Assembly (NCBI GenBank): GCA_050125095.1
Contig: JASFEA010000017.1
Span: 1 to 31,762 of the forward strand
Direction: 5' to 3'
DNA: 31,762 nucleotides
Source of the DNA: a bacterium
GTDB taxonomy: Bacteria; Arandabacterota; Arandabacteria; Arandabacterales; JALGWA01
The position numbers were made by a program, and so were the translations under genes. This document shows positions 1 to 8,541 of this stretch, one piece after another (position 1 is the stretch's first letter; each line of letters opens with the position of its first letter). The notes under the pieces are model-generated. The model did no database searches, had not been told where the DNA came from, and worked only from the letters and a program-made list of their open reading frames with translations.

Positions 1-1396
1 CCTCGTAAGCATACAGCGGCGAACCGTCCGGCTTCTTCATGACTATCGAGAACCTGTTCCAGGGGCGTGACGGATCGCCATGCCTCCGCGAGAACACCAG
101 CGGCATATACTCATAAGAGAGGCGGACCAAGTCGGCGTGTCCGGTTTCCCTGGCGCGCCGGTGGAGTTCGGGCAGCCGGAGCGGGGACGGGAGGTCTTCC
201 AGCCAGCCGGCATGTCTCTCCGCGACACTGCGGTTACGGTTGTTGAGGAAGTCCGCCAGGTCCATTGCATCCAAGTTGTATTGATCCGGGAGAACACCGC
301 CTCTACCGATGTTGTATAGAACATTCGAAACATGATGGGCGGCACCTATGCGGTCCCCGGTAGCCTGGAAGGCGTCGGCTCCGGCAAGCAGCCGGGACAG
401 CCGATCCCGCCCCCTGGCCAGGTCGGCCTCTATATCAGGGCCCATATCCTTATCCAGCAACCGCCGGAGTCCGACAACGCCGGCCTGGTCCACTGGAGTA
501 TCGAGGGCGATGTGCCACGAGAGGTCCCCGCCTGGAGCCAGTGTCAGTCCATCCCTCAGAAGAAATGATCCCCGGCGCCCGTGCAACTCGCATTGCGGTG
601 AGATAGGTCCACCCAGTATGAACTCGTCCCAATTCCCGGAATACAGCAACAAGGTAGGCCGGGGCAGGCCCGACTGCCAGGCTACCGTCGCCCGCAGGGA
701 TTCACTCGCCTCTGCGCGGTCGATGATGTTCGACGTTAATCTGTAAACAGCCATCTTCTCTTCGGGATAGCACTCTGCCGTCTTGTAGGCATCGACAAGG
801 CAGCTGAGGGAATCCTGCAGGCCGGTGCCGATACCGGCTGGAAGAAGGTTCTGGACCCCGTCGAGTATCTCCAGACGCGCCTCACCAGGGCCTTCATTGA
901 TTAGCTCTGCCGTCCGGATCCACCCGAAGCGGTCGCTGGGTCGCCAGCCATAGCGGAATATTAGGCCCAGGGAGGTATTCCTCTCCTCGAACCAGACCTC
1001 GCACCCGAGAAGGTGCTTGAAGACAGAGCGCTCGATTTCATACCTGAGTCTGCCGTCCTCGGCGAATGGCTGCCAGATGAAGATCTCTTCCCCACCCACA
1101 TACCGGATGACCGACTTCGGCCCTGTGTGGGGATGGGAGACGTGAAGCTTGTCCACGGTCTCATAAGGGAACAGGGACTGGTACGGGTTTTCCCTGCCGG
1201 CGGTGAGCCCGCCTCTGGAAGAGATATACATCCAGAGATCCGAATCGCTCATTACATTTATGAGGAAAGCATCCATGGTGTCATAGGCGGCAATCCTGTA
1301 GTAGGTGTCCCGCCGCCAATCCAAGAGGTCTCCCTCCACCCTGGCACTCTTCTTCGGGATCGCGGCGAGCCCGAGCCGTATCGGCAGGTCCGTCAT
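1..1396 (-). CDS. GH149-family beta-1,3-glucan phosphorylase, N-terminal ~465 aa (continues beyond the left edge)
   Basis: Manual minus-strand translation from ATG 1396 (GGAG upstream; in-frame GTG at 1411 is an alternative) is open to base 1: MTDLPIRLG...INVMSDSDLWMYISSRGGLTAGRENPYQSLFPYETVDK...EILDGVQNLLPAG...NVLYNIGRGG...YEYMPLVFSRRHGDPSRPWNRFSI...YAYE. These motifs match what I recall for GH149. Absent from the ORF track because no stop codon lies in the window. Confidence 0.85.
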   Translation of the reverse strand, partial: MTDLPIRLGLAAIPKKSARVEGDLLDWRRDTYYRIAAYDTMDAFLINVMSDSDLWMYISSRGGLTAGRENPYQSLFPYETVDKLHVSHPHTGPKSVIRYVGGEEIFIWQPFAEDGRLRYEIERSVFKHLLGCEVWFEERNTSLGLIFRYGWRPSDRFGWIRTAELINEGPGEARLEILDGVQNLLPAGIGTGLQDSLSCLVDAYKTAECYPEEKMAVYRLTSNIIDRAEASESLRATVAWQSGLPRPTLLLYSGNWDEFILGGPISPQCELHGRRGSFLLRDGLTLAPGGDLSWHIALDTPVDQAGVVGLRRLLDKDMGPDIEADLARGRDRLSRLLAGADAFQATGDRIGAAHHVSNVLYNIGRGGVLPDQYNLDAMDLADFLNNRNRSVAERHAGWLEDLPSPLRLPELHRRARETGHADLVRLSYEYMPLVFSRRHGDPSRPWNRFSIVMKKPDGSPLYAYE

Positions 1397-1454
1397 GGGT
1401 ATGCGCTCCACATATCTTCCCGGATTAACAGAGTCCGGCAGGCGGTACACTCGC

Positions 1455-1483
1455 AACCTAACACCAGGCCAAGCGCCTGTCAA
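1455..1483 (-). promoter_or_regulatory. Putative sigma70 promoter for the GH149 gene
   Basis: Minus strand reads TTGACA (1483-1478), 17 nt, then TAGGTT (1460-1455) preceded by TGn; about 60 nt upstream of the start. Confidence 0.55.
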
Positions 1484-1535
1484 TCGGGTCGACGCCGGAA
1501 GGACCGGCGGCCTGAGCCCGGCAGGTACAACCTTC

Positions 1536-1556
1536 TTGACAATCAATTCATGATTG
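1536..1556 (+). promoter_or_regulatory. TTGACA -35 box overlapped by palindrome CAATCA-N5-TGATTG (candidate operator)
   Basis: TTGACA at 1536-1541 and a perfect 6-bp inverted repeat at 1540-1556, in the divergent intergenic region. No convincing -10 box. Confidence 0.4.
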
Positions 1557-1660
1557 GCGAGCTTATTTCGGGATGCGGGCCGGGCGCACCGACACCGCCC
1601 GGCGTATTTTGATGTGCGGTGGATCCCCAGACCGGGACTTCCCCAACCGGGAGGATTGAA

Positions 1661-3034
1661 ATGAACATTAAGAGCTCCATCAGCCTCATATCTATAGGAC
1701 TGCTGGTGGCCATGGCCGCCGGGGGCTGCGGCAGGGACACCGGCACACTGCCTGAGGCTTCCGCGAGCACGAACCCGGTGGTCTTTGACGACGACTTCAG
1801 CGAAGGCCTCGACTTCCAGGCATTCCAGTGGTCGGACGAGTACGCCCTTGACATGGACTCCGAGGTGGTGTATCGCGGCAGTGCTTCCCTCAAGGTTGAC
1901 GTCCCCGGTCCCGGCAGTTTCGCCGGGGGAGCCTTCGTCACCTTCGCCGGGCGTGACCTGTCCGGTTACAACGCGCTCACATTCTGGGCGGTGGCAAGCA
2001 GGACGGATACGCTGGACATCGCTGGATTCGCCAACAATAACACAGGCACATCGCTCTATGACGCGAGCTGGAGCACGATTCCGGTCGGGACGGCATGGAA
2101 GAAATACACTATACCCATACCCTATCCACCGAGGCTGGCTTTCGAGCAGGGCCTATTCTTCTTCGCCGAGGCGGTGGAGGCAGGAAAAACGGGTTATCAG
2201 ATCTGGTTTGATGATGTCATGTTCGCGGATGTGGACAGCATCTCCAATCCGCGGCCGTCGATGACCACGGAAACCCTGGAGCCCTATGTAGGCTCCACCG
2301 TAGCTGTCAGCGGTACCAAGACGGTATTCCGGGTGGGCAATAAAGACATGACGGTGGACCACCTTCCCGGGCACTTCACGTTCACTTCTTCGGACGAGGA
2401 AGTGGCTGACATAGTCGACAACCAGATCGTGGTCACGGGTGTCGGAACGGCGACTATTACGGCGAAGCTCGACACGGTCACAGTCGACGGGGTGGTGACG
2501 CTCAACACGACCGCGGCGCCCACTACGGCGGCGCCGACCCCCACCGAACCTGCGACTGACGTAATCTCGCTTTTCAGCAATGCTCCCGGCTACGTCAATT
2601 TCCCTGTGGATACCTGGGCGGCACCGTGGGCCGGCGCTTCCCAGGAAGTCGAGGACATCGAGATTGCCGGCGATGAAGTCAAGGTCTACACCAACCTCAC
2701 GTATGCCGGCATCGAATTCGCAACACAGACTCTCGACGTGTCCGAGATGACGCACTTCCGGATGGACATCTGGGTCCCATCGGGAACTTATTTCAAAATC
2801 AAACTGGTCGATTTCGGTGAGGACGGCGTTTACGGGGGCGCCCCGGACGCCGAACACGAGCTCACTTTCAACGCAAGTTCGACTCCGCCGCTCGTAACCG
2901 GCGAATGGGTCACTCTGGACAAGAGCCTCGCGGATGACTTCACGGGTCTGGTGACCAGGGAGCACATGGCCCAGATCATCATCTCGGGCAACACCAGGAC
3001 AGTCTATGTAGACAACATCTACTTCCACAAGTAG
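1661..3034 (+). CDS. Putative glucan-binding lipoprotein: CBM-like domain, Ig-like (Big_2-type) domain, Thr/Pro linker, second CBM-like domain
   Basis: ATG 1661 follows GGAGG. Signal MNIKSSISLISIGLLVAMAAGG-C. Contains RDLSGYNALTFW...WKKYTIPIP, FTSSDEEVA...GVGTATITAKL, and PTTAAPTPTEPATDVISLFSN...LDVSEMTHFRMDIW...VYVDNIYFHK. No catalytic motif seen. Confidence 0.7.
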   Translation: MNIKSSISLISIGLLVAMAAGGCGRDTGTLPEASASTNPVVFDDDFSEGLDFQAFQWSDEYALDMDSEVVYRGSASLKVDVPGPGSFAGGAFVTFAGRDLSGYNALTFWAVASRTDTLDIAGFANNNTGTSLYDASWSTIPVGTAWKKYTIPIPYPPRLAFEQGLFFFAEAVEAGKTGYQIWFDDVMFADVDSISNPRPSMTTETLEPYVGSTVAVSGTKTVFRVGNKDMTVDHLPGHFTFTSSDEEVADIVDNQIVVTGVGTATITAKLDTVTVDGVVTLNTTAAPTTAAPTPTEPATDVISLFSNAPGYVNFPVDTWAAPWAGASQEVEDIEIAGDEVKVYTNLTYAGIEFATQTLDVSEMTHFRMDIWVPSGTYFKIKLVDFGEDGVYGGAPDAEHELTFNASSTPPLVTGEWVTLDKSLADDFTGLVTREHMAQIIISGNTRTVYVDNIYFHK

Positions 3035-3079
3035 AATGTCTCCGTAGTCGGTGATTGCAGGCAGCAAGGAGCCCTGAGA

Positions 3080-3973
3080 ATGAACGAGAATATTGGTGTC
3101 GCAAGGGTGACCCGGCGCACCTTCTGGCGCCGGTGGTTCCTGCTGCTGGCTCTCGTCTCATTGGCGCTGACGGGCTGGGGCGGGCGCTGCAACGGCGGCG
3201 ATCCCCTGGAGCTTGAACCCGATGGCCCCGGGGACGGGGATCTCGAGCTGGTATGGGAAGATGAGTTCGAGGGACCGGCCGGACAGCTTCCCGATGCGGA
3301 CAAGTGGGGCTATGATATCGGCGGCAGCGGCTGGGGAAACGCCCAGCTGGAGTACGACACCGACCGCCCCACCAACGTCTCCCTGGACGGCGAGGGGCAC
3401 CTGGCAATCACCGCGCGAGAAGAGGAGTACCTGGGACGCGAATATACCTCGGCGCGCATAAACACAAAAGGGCTCTTCCAGCAGACGCGCGGGCGTTTCG
3501 AGGCCAGGATAAAACTGCCAATTGGCCAGGGCATCTGGCCCGCGTTTTGGATGCTGGGCGCCGACTTCGAAACCGTGGGCTGGCCCGACTGCGGAGAAAT
3601 AGACATCATGGAGTACCGCGGCCAGGAGCCCAACATCCTCCACGGAAGCCTGCACGGCCCTGGCTATTCCGGCGGGGGCGCGTTGACGCGGAGTTACACG
3701 CTGCCCGGAGCCGAGGGTTTTAACGACGACTTTCATGTCTTCGCCGTCGAGTGGGAATCCGACGCCCTGACCTGGTTTGTGGACAGCACTTCCTATTACG
3801 TCGTCACTCCAGGCAGCCTTCCGGACGGCGGGAGCTGGGTGTTCGACCACCCGTTCTTTATAATACTGAACGTCGCGGTCGGAGGTTATTTCGTCGGCTC
3901 GCCGGACGCAACCACGACTTTCCCGCAGACCATGCTGGTAGACTGGGTGCGGGTCTATCGGAGCGCGCCTTGA
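3080..3973 (+). CDS. GH16 endo-beta-1,3-glucanase (laminarinase type)
   Basis: WEDEF, GWGNAQLEYDT, YTSARINT, GIWPAFWMLG, catalytic GEIDIME, DFHVFAVEW, FDHPFFIILNVAVGG, MLVDWVRVY; N-terminal signal containing TRRTFW. Confidence 0.93.
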   Translation: MNENIGVARVTRRTFWRRWFLLLALVSLALTGWGGRCNGGDPLELEPDGPGDGDLELVWEDEFEGPAGQLPDADKWGYDIGGSGWGNAQLEYDTDRPTNVSLDGEGHLAITAREEEYLGREYTSARINTKGLFQQTRGRFEARIKLPIGQGIWPAFWMLGADFETVGWPDCGEIDIMEYRGQEPNILHGSLHGPGYSGGGALTRSYTLPGAEGFNDDFHVFAVEWESDALTWFVDSTSYYVVTPGSLPDGGSWVFDHPFFIILNVAVGGYFVGSPDATTTFPQTMLVDWVRVYRSAP

Positions 3974-5643
3974 TCCTGGGCGCCCGGACAAGGGCTATGG
4001 CCCTTCTCGCACTCTTGCTTCCCGCCCTCATTGGGCCCGCGTGCGTCAGAGATGTCCCCTACGCACCGGAGGGTGTACTCGTGGTCTCCCAGGAGCAGCA
4101 GGCCTCCTGGGTGCGCAATTTCAATCCTCTGACAACGGCGACGGCTGCAAGATGGCCCACGCTCGCCGGGGTTTACGAGCCCCTCTACGTCTTCAACAGC
4201 GTGAAATCCGAATTCGTGCCATGGCTTGCGGTTGCCCACGAGTGGCGCGAGAACAACCGCGTATTGAGAATGACTACTCGCGACGGCGTGCTGTGGTCTG
4301 ACGGCCAGCCTTTCAGCGCGCATGACGTGGCCTTTACCTTCAACCTGATAAAGAGGCACCGGGCGCTCGATGGAGGCAACGTGTGGGGTTTTCTCGAAGA
4401 CGTTCGCGCCATGGACGACCGCACAGTCGACTTCAGATTCCAGCGCGTCTTCATACCCGGCCTGGATGAGGTTGTGGCGGCGAGAATCGTTCCCAGGCAT
4501 GTCTGGAGCGAGATAGAAGACCCGGTGGCTTTCCCGAACGAGAATCCGGTAGCGACGGGCCCTTTCACCGAAGTCCGCCTGTTCCGGAATCAGGTCTACG
4601 AGCTGGGGCGCAACCCGAACTACTGGCAGGAGGGTTTGCCGAAGGTCGAGGCGATACGTTTTCCCGCCCTACCGGGAAACGACCGGGCTAACCTCGCGCT
4701 GGTTTTTGATGAGGTGGACTGGGCGGGCAACTTCGTTCCCGCGATAGATCGCGTCTATGTCGATAAGGACCCCACCTACCACCATTACTGGTTCCCGCTG
4801 ACCGGGAGCAGCATATTCCTCTATGCCAATACACGGCGCGCCCCCTTCGACGACGTGCGCGTTCGCAAGGCGCTCAGCATGGCCATCGACCGGGACCTGC
4901 TTGTCGAAGTGGCCATATACCGCTACTCCCGCCCCTGCGACGCGACAGGACTGAGTGACGCATACGCGGCATGGCACAGTCCCGAGATCGCCGCAAGCGG
5001 TGACTGGGTTGACTACGACATCGCCCGCGCCAACAATCTGCTGGACGAGGCCGGCTTCCTGCGCGGCCCCGACGGCATCCGGCGCCTGGCCGACGGGTCT
5101 CCGTGGAGTTACGAGATCCTGACAGTCTCGGGGTGGTCGGACTGGGTGCGAGCCTGCCAGGTCATCGCCAGGGGATTCCGGGATGTCGGCATCGATGCAT
5201 CTGTCCGGACATACGACTTCAGCGCCTGGTTCCAGCGTGTCCAGGAGGGAAGATTCGATCTGTCGCTGGGCTGGTCCTTCGAGGGACCGACCCCGTACAT
5301 ATTCTACCGGTGGCTCATGTCTTCGGAGACGGTGAAGCCGGAGGGCACGCCATCGGTGGGCAACTGGCACCGCTTCGGCAGCGCTTCGGCCGACGAGGCG
5401 CTGGCGGCCTTCGAGGCCGAGCCCGACCCCGGACGCCAGAAACTCCTCGGTGAAGAACTGCAGCGGACGTTTGTCGAGGAGGCACCGGCGATTCCGCTTT
5501 ACCCCAACCCGTCCTGGGCGGAGTATAATACCAGAAGATTCGAGGGGTTTCCCTCGGCGGAGAACCCTTATGCCGACCCCTCGCCCAACAAATTCGGGCG
5601 GGGCGAAGTCTTGCTGGTCCTTACTAACATTGCGCCACGCTAG
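3970..5643 (+). CDS. ABC transporter substrate-binding protein, family 5 (OppA/DppA fold), probably oligosaccharide-binding
   Basis: RNFNPL, YEPLY, PWLA, WSDGQPFSAHDVAFTF, PVATGPF, RNPNYW, VRKALSMAIDR. Start is likely TTG 3970 overlapping the GH16 stop (TTGA), or ATG 3997; hydrophobic signal followed by Cys. Confidence 0.88.
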   Translation: MILGARTRAMALLALLLPALIGPACVRDVPYAPEGVLVVSQEQQASWVRNFNPLTTATAARWPTLAGVYEPLYVFNSVKSEFVPWLAVAHEWRENNRVLRMTTRDGVLWSDGQPFSAHDVAFTFNLIKRHRALDGGNVWGFLEDVRAMDDRTVDFRFQRVFIPGLDEVVAARIVPRHVWSEIEDPVAFPNENPVATGPFTEVRLFRNQVYELGRNPNYWQEGLPKVEAIRFPALPGNDRANLALVFDEVDWAGNFVPAIDRVYVDKDPTYHHYWFPLTGSSIFLYANTRRAPFDDVRVRKALSMAIDRDLLVEVAIYRYSRPCDATGLSDAYAAWHSPEIAASGDWVDYDIARANNLLDEAGFLRGPDGIRRLADGSPWSYEILTVSGWSDWVRACQVIARGFRDVGIDASVRTYDFSAWFQRVQEGRFDLSLGWSFEGPTPYIFYRWLMSSETVKPEGTPSVGNWHRFGSASADEALAAFEAEPDPGRQKLLGEELQRTFVEEAPAIPLYPNPSWAEYNTRRFEGFPSAENPYADPSPNKFGRGEVLLVLTNIAPR

Positions 5644-5652
5644 GAGGCTGAA

Positions 5653-6633
5653 TTGCGGTTCATACTGAGGCGGCTTGGCTTTTACCTCCTCGCTGCGTGG
5701 GCCGCCCTGACGCTCAACTTCTTTCTGCCTCGGCTCATGCCCGGCGACCCGGCGGCGGCGCTCTTCGCGCGCTTTCAGGGCCAGCTCAGCCCCGAGGCTC
5801 TGAAGGCGCTTCGGGAGACTTTCGGCCTCACCGAGCAGCCTCTGATCGGCCAGTATTTCACCTATCTTGCACATGTTCTCAAGGGCGACTTCGGAATCTC
5901 GGTTGCCTACTTCCCCGCGCCCGTATCGGAGGTCATAGGCTCGGGTCTTGTGTGGACCATCTTCCTTGCGGGCACGGCCGTTGTGATCAGTTTTGTAATC
6001 GGTACGCTGCTCGGGGTCGCGGCCGCGTGGTGGCGGCGCGGCTGGCTTGACAATTTCCTACCCTCCGCTTTCATCTTTCTTGGTGCGTTCCCTTACTTCT
6101 GGCTGGCAATGGTGGCGCTTTATGTCCTGGGCTTCACTCTTGGCTGGTTTCCGTTGGGCCACGCCTACGGAGACGACCTGACGCCCGGACTCTCGGCCGC
6201 CTTCGTCGGCGATGTAGTGCGCCACGCCGTGCTGCCCATAGGAACGATAGTGCTGGTCACTCTGGGGGGATGGTTACTTTCGATGCGTAACACAATGATC
6301 GCGGTGCTCGGCTCGGACTACGTGAATCTGGCACGGGCCAAGGGGCTCAGCCCTGCAAGAGTGGCGCTGCGCTACGCCGCGCGCAACGCGCTGCTGCCCA
6401 GCGTCACGGGATTCGGCATGGCGCTCGGCTTCGTGCTCGGCGGCGCTCTGCTCACCGAGATCGTTTTCTCATACCCGGGGCAGGGATATTTGCTCGTTCA
6501 GGCAGTGAGAAATCAGGACTATCCCCTCATGCAGGGCATATTCCTTGTAATCACTCTTGCGGTGCTCGGCGCCAATCTGCTGGTGGACTTCATCTACCTC
6601 TGGCTCGACCCGCGCACAAGGGAGAGGCGCTGA
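5653..6633 (+). CDS. ABC transporter permease (OppB/DppB type)
   Basis: TTG start after GGAGG; RLMPGDP, QYFTYLAHVLKGDFG, EAA-like loop DYVNLARAKGL, DYPLMQG, LDPR. Confidence 0.92.
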   Translation: MRFILRRLGFYLLAAWAALTLNFFLPRLMPGDPAAALFARFQGQLSPEALKALRETFGLTEQPLIGQYFTYLAHVLKGDFGISVAYFPAPVSEVIGSGLVWTIFLAGTAVVISFVIGTLLGVAAAWWRRGWLDNFLPSAFIFLGAFPYFWLAMVALYVLGFTLGWFPLGHAYGDDLTPGLSAAFVGDVVRHAVLPIGTIVLVTLGGWLLSMRNTMIAVLGSDYVNLARAKGLSPARVALRYAARNALLPSVTGFGMALGFVLGGALLTEIVFSYPGQGYLLVQAVRNQDYPLMQGIFLVITLAVLGANLLVDFIYLWLDPRTRERR

Positions 6634-7571
6634 TGGCCAAGCCGGCTGAAACAAGGGCTACCGGCATTTCGGTCTGGTTGAAAGCGATACGCCGTGACCG
6701 CAAGGCCAACGTTGGCGCGGTAATTATCACCGTCTTCGTGGTCATTGCAATCATAGGTCCCTGGCTTGCCGGCAGCCCTGATGAGCTGGTCGGCATGCCG
6801 CTCCAGCCACCCTCCACAGAGCACTGGCTGGGGACCACCGGCCAGGGACAGGATGTCCTGGCCCAGCTGGTGGCAGGCTCACGCATCTCACTGGCCATAG
6901 GCTTCGCCGTTGGCCTCACCGTCGTCCTGGTCGGAGCCATCGTCGGAGTCACGGCAGGTTACTTCGGAGGCTGGGTGGATTCGGTCCTATCGCTCCTGTT
7001 TAACGTCTTTCTTGTAATACCCGGACTGCCGCTCGCCATTGTGATCGCCGCCTATCTCCCGACCGGTCCCTTTACGCTTGGATTCGTTCTTGTAGTTACC
7101 GGCTGGGCCTGGAACGCGCGTGTCCTCAGGGCTCAGACACTGTCACAGCGCAGGAGAGACTTCGTGGCTGCGGCGGTCGTGGCGGGCGAATCCAACTTCC
7201 GCATCATAACCCGCGAGATCCTCCCCACCATGACCTCGCTTATGGTCGCGCAGGTGATAGGCAGCACTGTGTATGCGATCGGCGCACAGGTAGGGCTTGA
7301 GTTCCTGGGCCTGGGCGACGTGTCGTCCGTGACCTGGGGAACCAACCTCTACTGGGCGCAAAACGACGCCGCGCTGCTCACGGGCGCATGGTGGACGTTC
7401 GCCCCCACCGGCCTCTGCGTTGCCCTGGTGGGATTCGGACTTACGATGCTCAACTCGGGTTTCGACGAGATCACAAATCCACGGCTCCAGCTTGAGCGCA
7501 TCTGGCGAATGTTCCTCGGCCAGCGGAGGATCAAGCCTGGTCGATCAACACCGGTGGTGAGTCATGATTGA
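6633..7571 (+). CDS. ABC transporter permease (OppC/DppC type)
   Basis: PPSTEHWLGTTGQGQDV, GSRISLAIGF, RDFVAAAVVAGES, FLGLGD..TWG; TGATG overlap with the upstream permease. Confidence 0.92.
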   Translation: MAKPAETRATGISVWLKAIRRDRKANVGAVIITVFVVIAIIGPWLAGSPDELVGMPLQPPSTEHWLGTTGQGQDVLAQLVAGSRISLAIGFAVGLTVVLVGAIVGVTAGYFGGWVDSVLSLLFNVFLVIPGLPLAIVIAAYLPTGPFTLGFVLVVTGWAWNARVLRAQTLSQRRRDFVAAAVVAGESNFRIITREILPTMTSLMVAQVIGSTVYAIGAQVGLEFLGLGDVSSVTWGTNLYWAQNDAALLTGAWWTFAPTGLCVALVGFGLTMLNSGFDEITNPRLQLERIWRMFLGQRRIKPGRSTPVVSHD

Positions 7572-8523
7572 GCCCGTACTCTCGATACGCGAACTCTGCG
7601 TCGACTACATCAGCGACAGGGGGCCCGTTCGCGCAATCGACAGCGTCTGCCTTGATGTCGCACCCGGGGAGATCATGGGCATTGCAGGTGAGTCGGGATG
7701 CGGCAAGTCCACCATGGCCAAAGCCATCATGCGCATTCTGCCGCCGCCGGCAGTCATATCGGGCGGCGAGGTCTGGTTCGAAGGGCTGGATATTCTCACC
7801 CTGGGAGAGCCGGAGCTCAGAGAGCTTCGTTGGAAGCGCATCGCCATGGTTTTCCAGAGCGCAATGGACGCCCTGAACCCGGTGATCAGCGTGGGTGAGC
7901 AGATAATCGACACTCTCGAGGCCCACGACGCACCGACTCCTGACGGGGCACGCGAACGCGCCGGGGAACTCCTGGATATGGTGGGGATTTCCCGTGACCA
8001 CCTGGACAGCCATGCGCATCAGCTCTCGGGCGGCATGCGCCAGCGGGTCAATATAGCTCTCGCGATGGCTCTCGATCCCACCATGTTGATACTGGACGAG
8101 CCGACGACGGCGCTTGATGTCATCGTGGAGAAGGAGATCCTCGAGGAGATCCGTGAGCTCCACAGCCGACTGGGCTTTGTCGTGCTCTTCATCACGCACG
8201 ATCTTGCCCGCATGCTGGAGTTCACAGACAGGGTGGCTATCTTCTATGCGGCCCGCATCGTGGAGGTTGGACCCTCGGCCGAGCTCCGCCGCGCACCCCA
8301 ACACCCTTACACACAGGGCCTGCTGCGATCCTTCCCGTCTCTTCGAGCGGATCCGGGAGAAAGGTCCAGCATTCCGGGCGCGCCACCCAGCCTCCTCAGC
8401 CCCCCAACGGGCTGCCGCTTTCACCCCCGGTGTGACAGGGCGATGGAAATCTGCTCCAGACGGAATCCTGACCCGGTCGAGATCGGACCCGGCCACGTAG
8501 CGGCCTGCCATCTTCTGACATAG
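7564..8523 (+). CDS. ABC transporter ATP-binding protein (OppD/DppD type)
   Basis: Walker A GESGCGKS, LSGGMRQR, Walker B LILDEP, HPYT and Cys-rich C-terminus GCRFHPRC...AACH. Confidence 0.93.
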   Translation: MIEPVLSIRELCVDYISDRGPVRAIDSVCLDVAPGEIMGIAGESGCGKSTMAKAIMRILPPPAVISGGEVWFEGLDILTLGEPELRELRWKRIAMVFQSAMDALNPVISVGEQIIDTLEAHDAPTPDGARERAGELLDMVGISRDHLDSHAHQLSGGMRQRVNIALAMALDPTMLILDEPTTALDVIVEKEILEEIRELHSRLGFVVLFITHDLARMLEFTDRVAIFYAARIVEVGPSAELRRAPQHPYTQGLLRSFPSLRADPGERSSIPGAPPSLLSPPTGCRFHPRCDRAMEICSRRNPDPVEIGPGHVAACHLLT

Positions 8524-8541
8524 CGTCCGAGTCCCCGCCTC

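Noticed and set aside
1180-1200. Possible frameshift at the A-run in the GH149 gene
   Set aside because: Recount gives GGC AGG GAA AAC CCG TAC (GRENPY); the frame is continuous to base 1.
43-1612. Track ORFs 43-345, 80-319, 332-568, 348-746, 450-632, 961-1164 and 1013-1612
   Set aside because: Shadow or out-of-frame ORFs over the GH149-like gene; no recognisable motifs.
3751-3969. N-terminal extension of the substrate-binding protein in the ORF track
   Set aside because: Overlaps the GH16 coding region; the signal peptide starts at 3970 or 3997.
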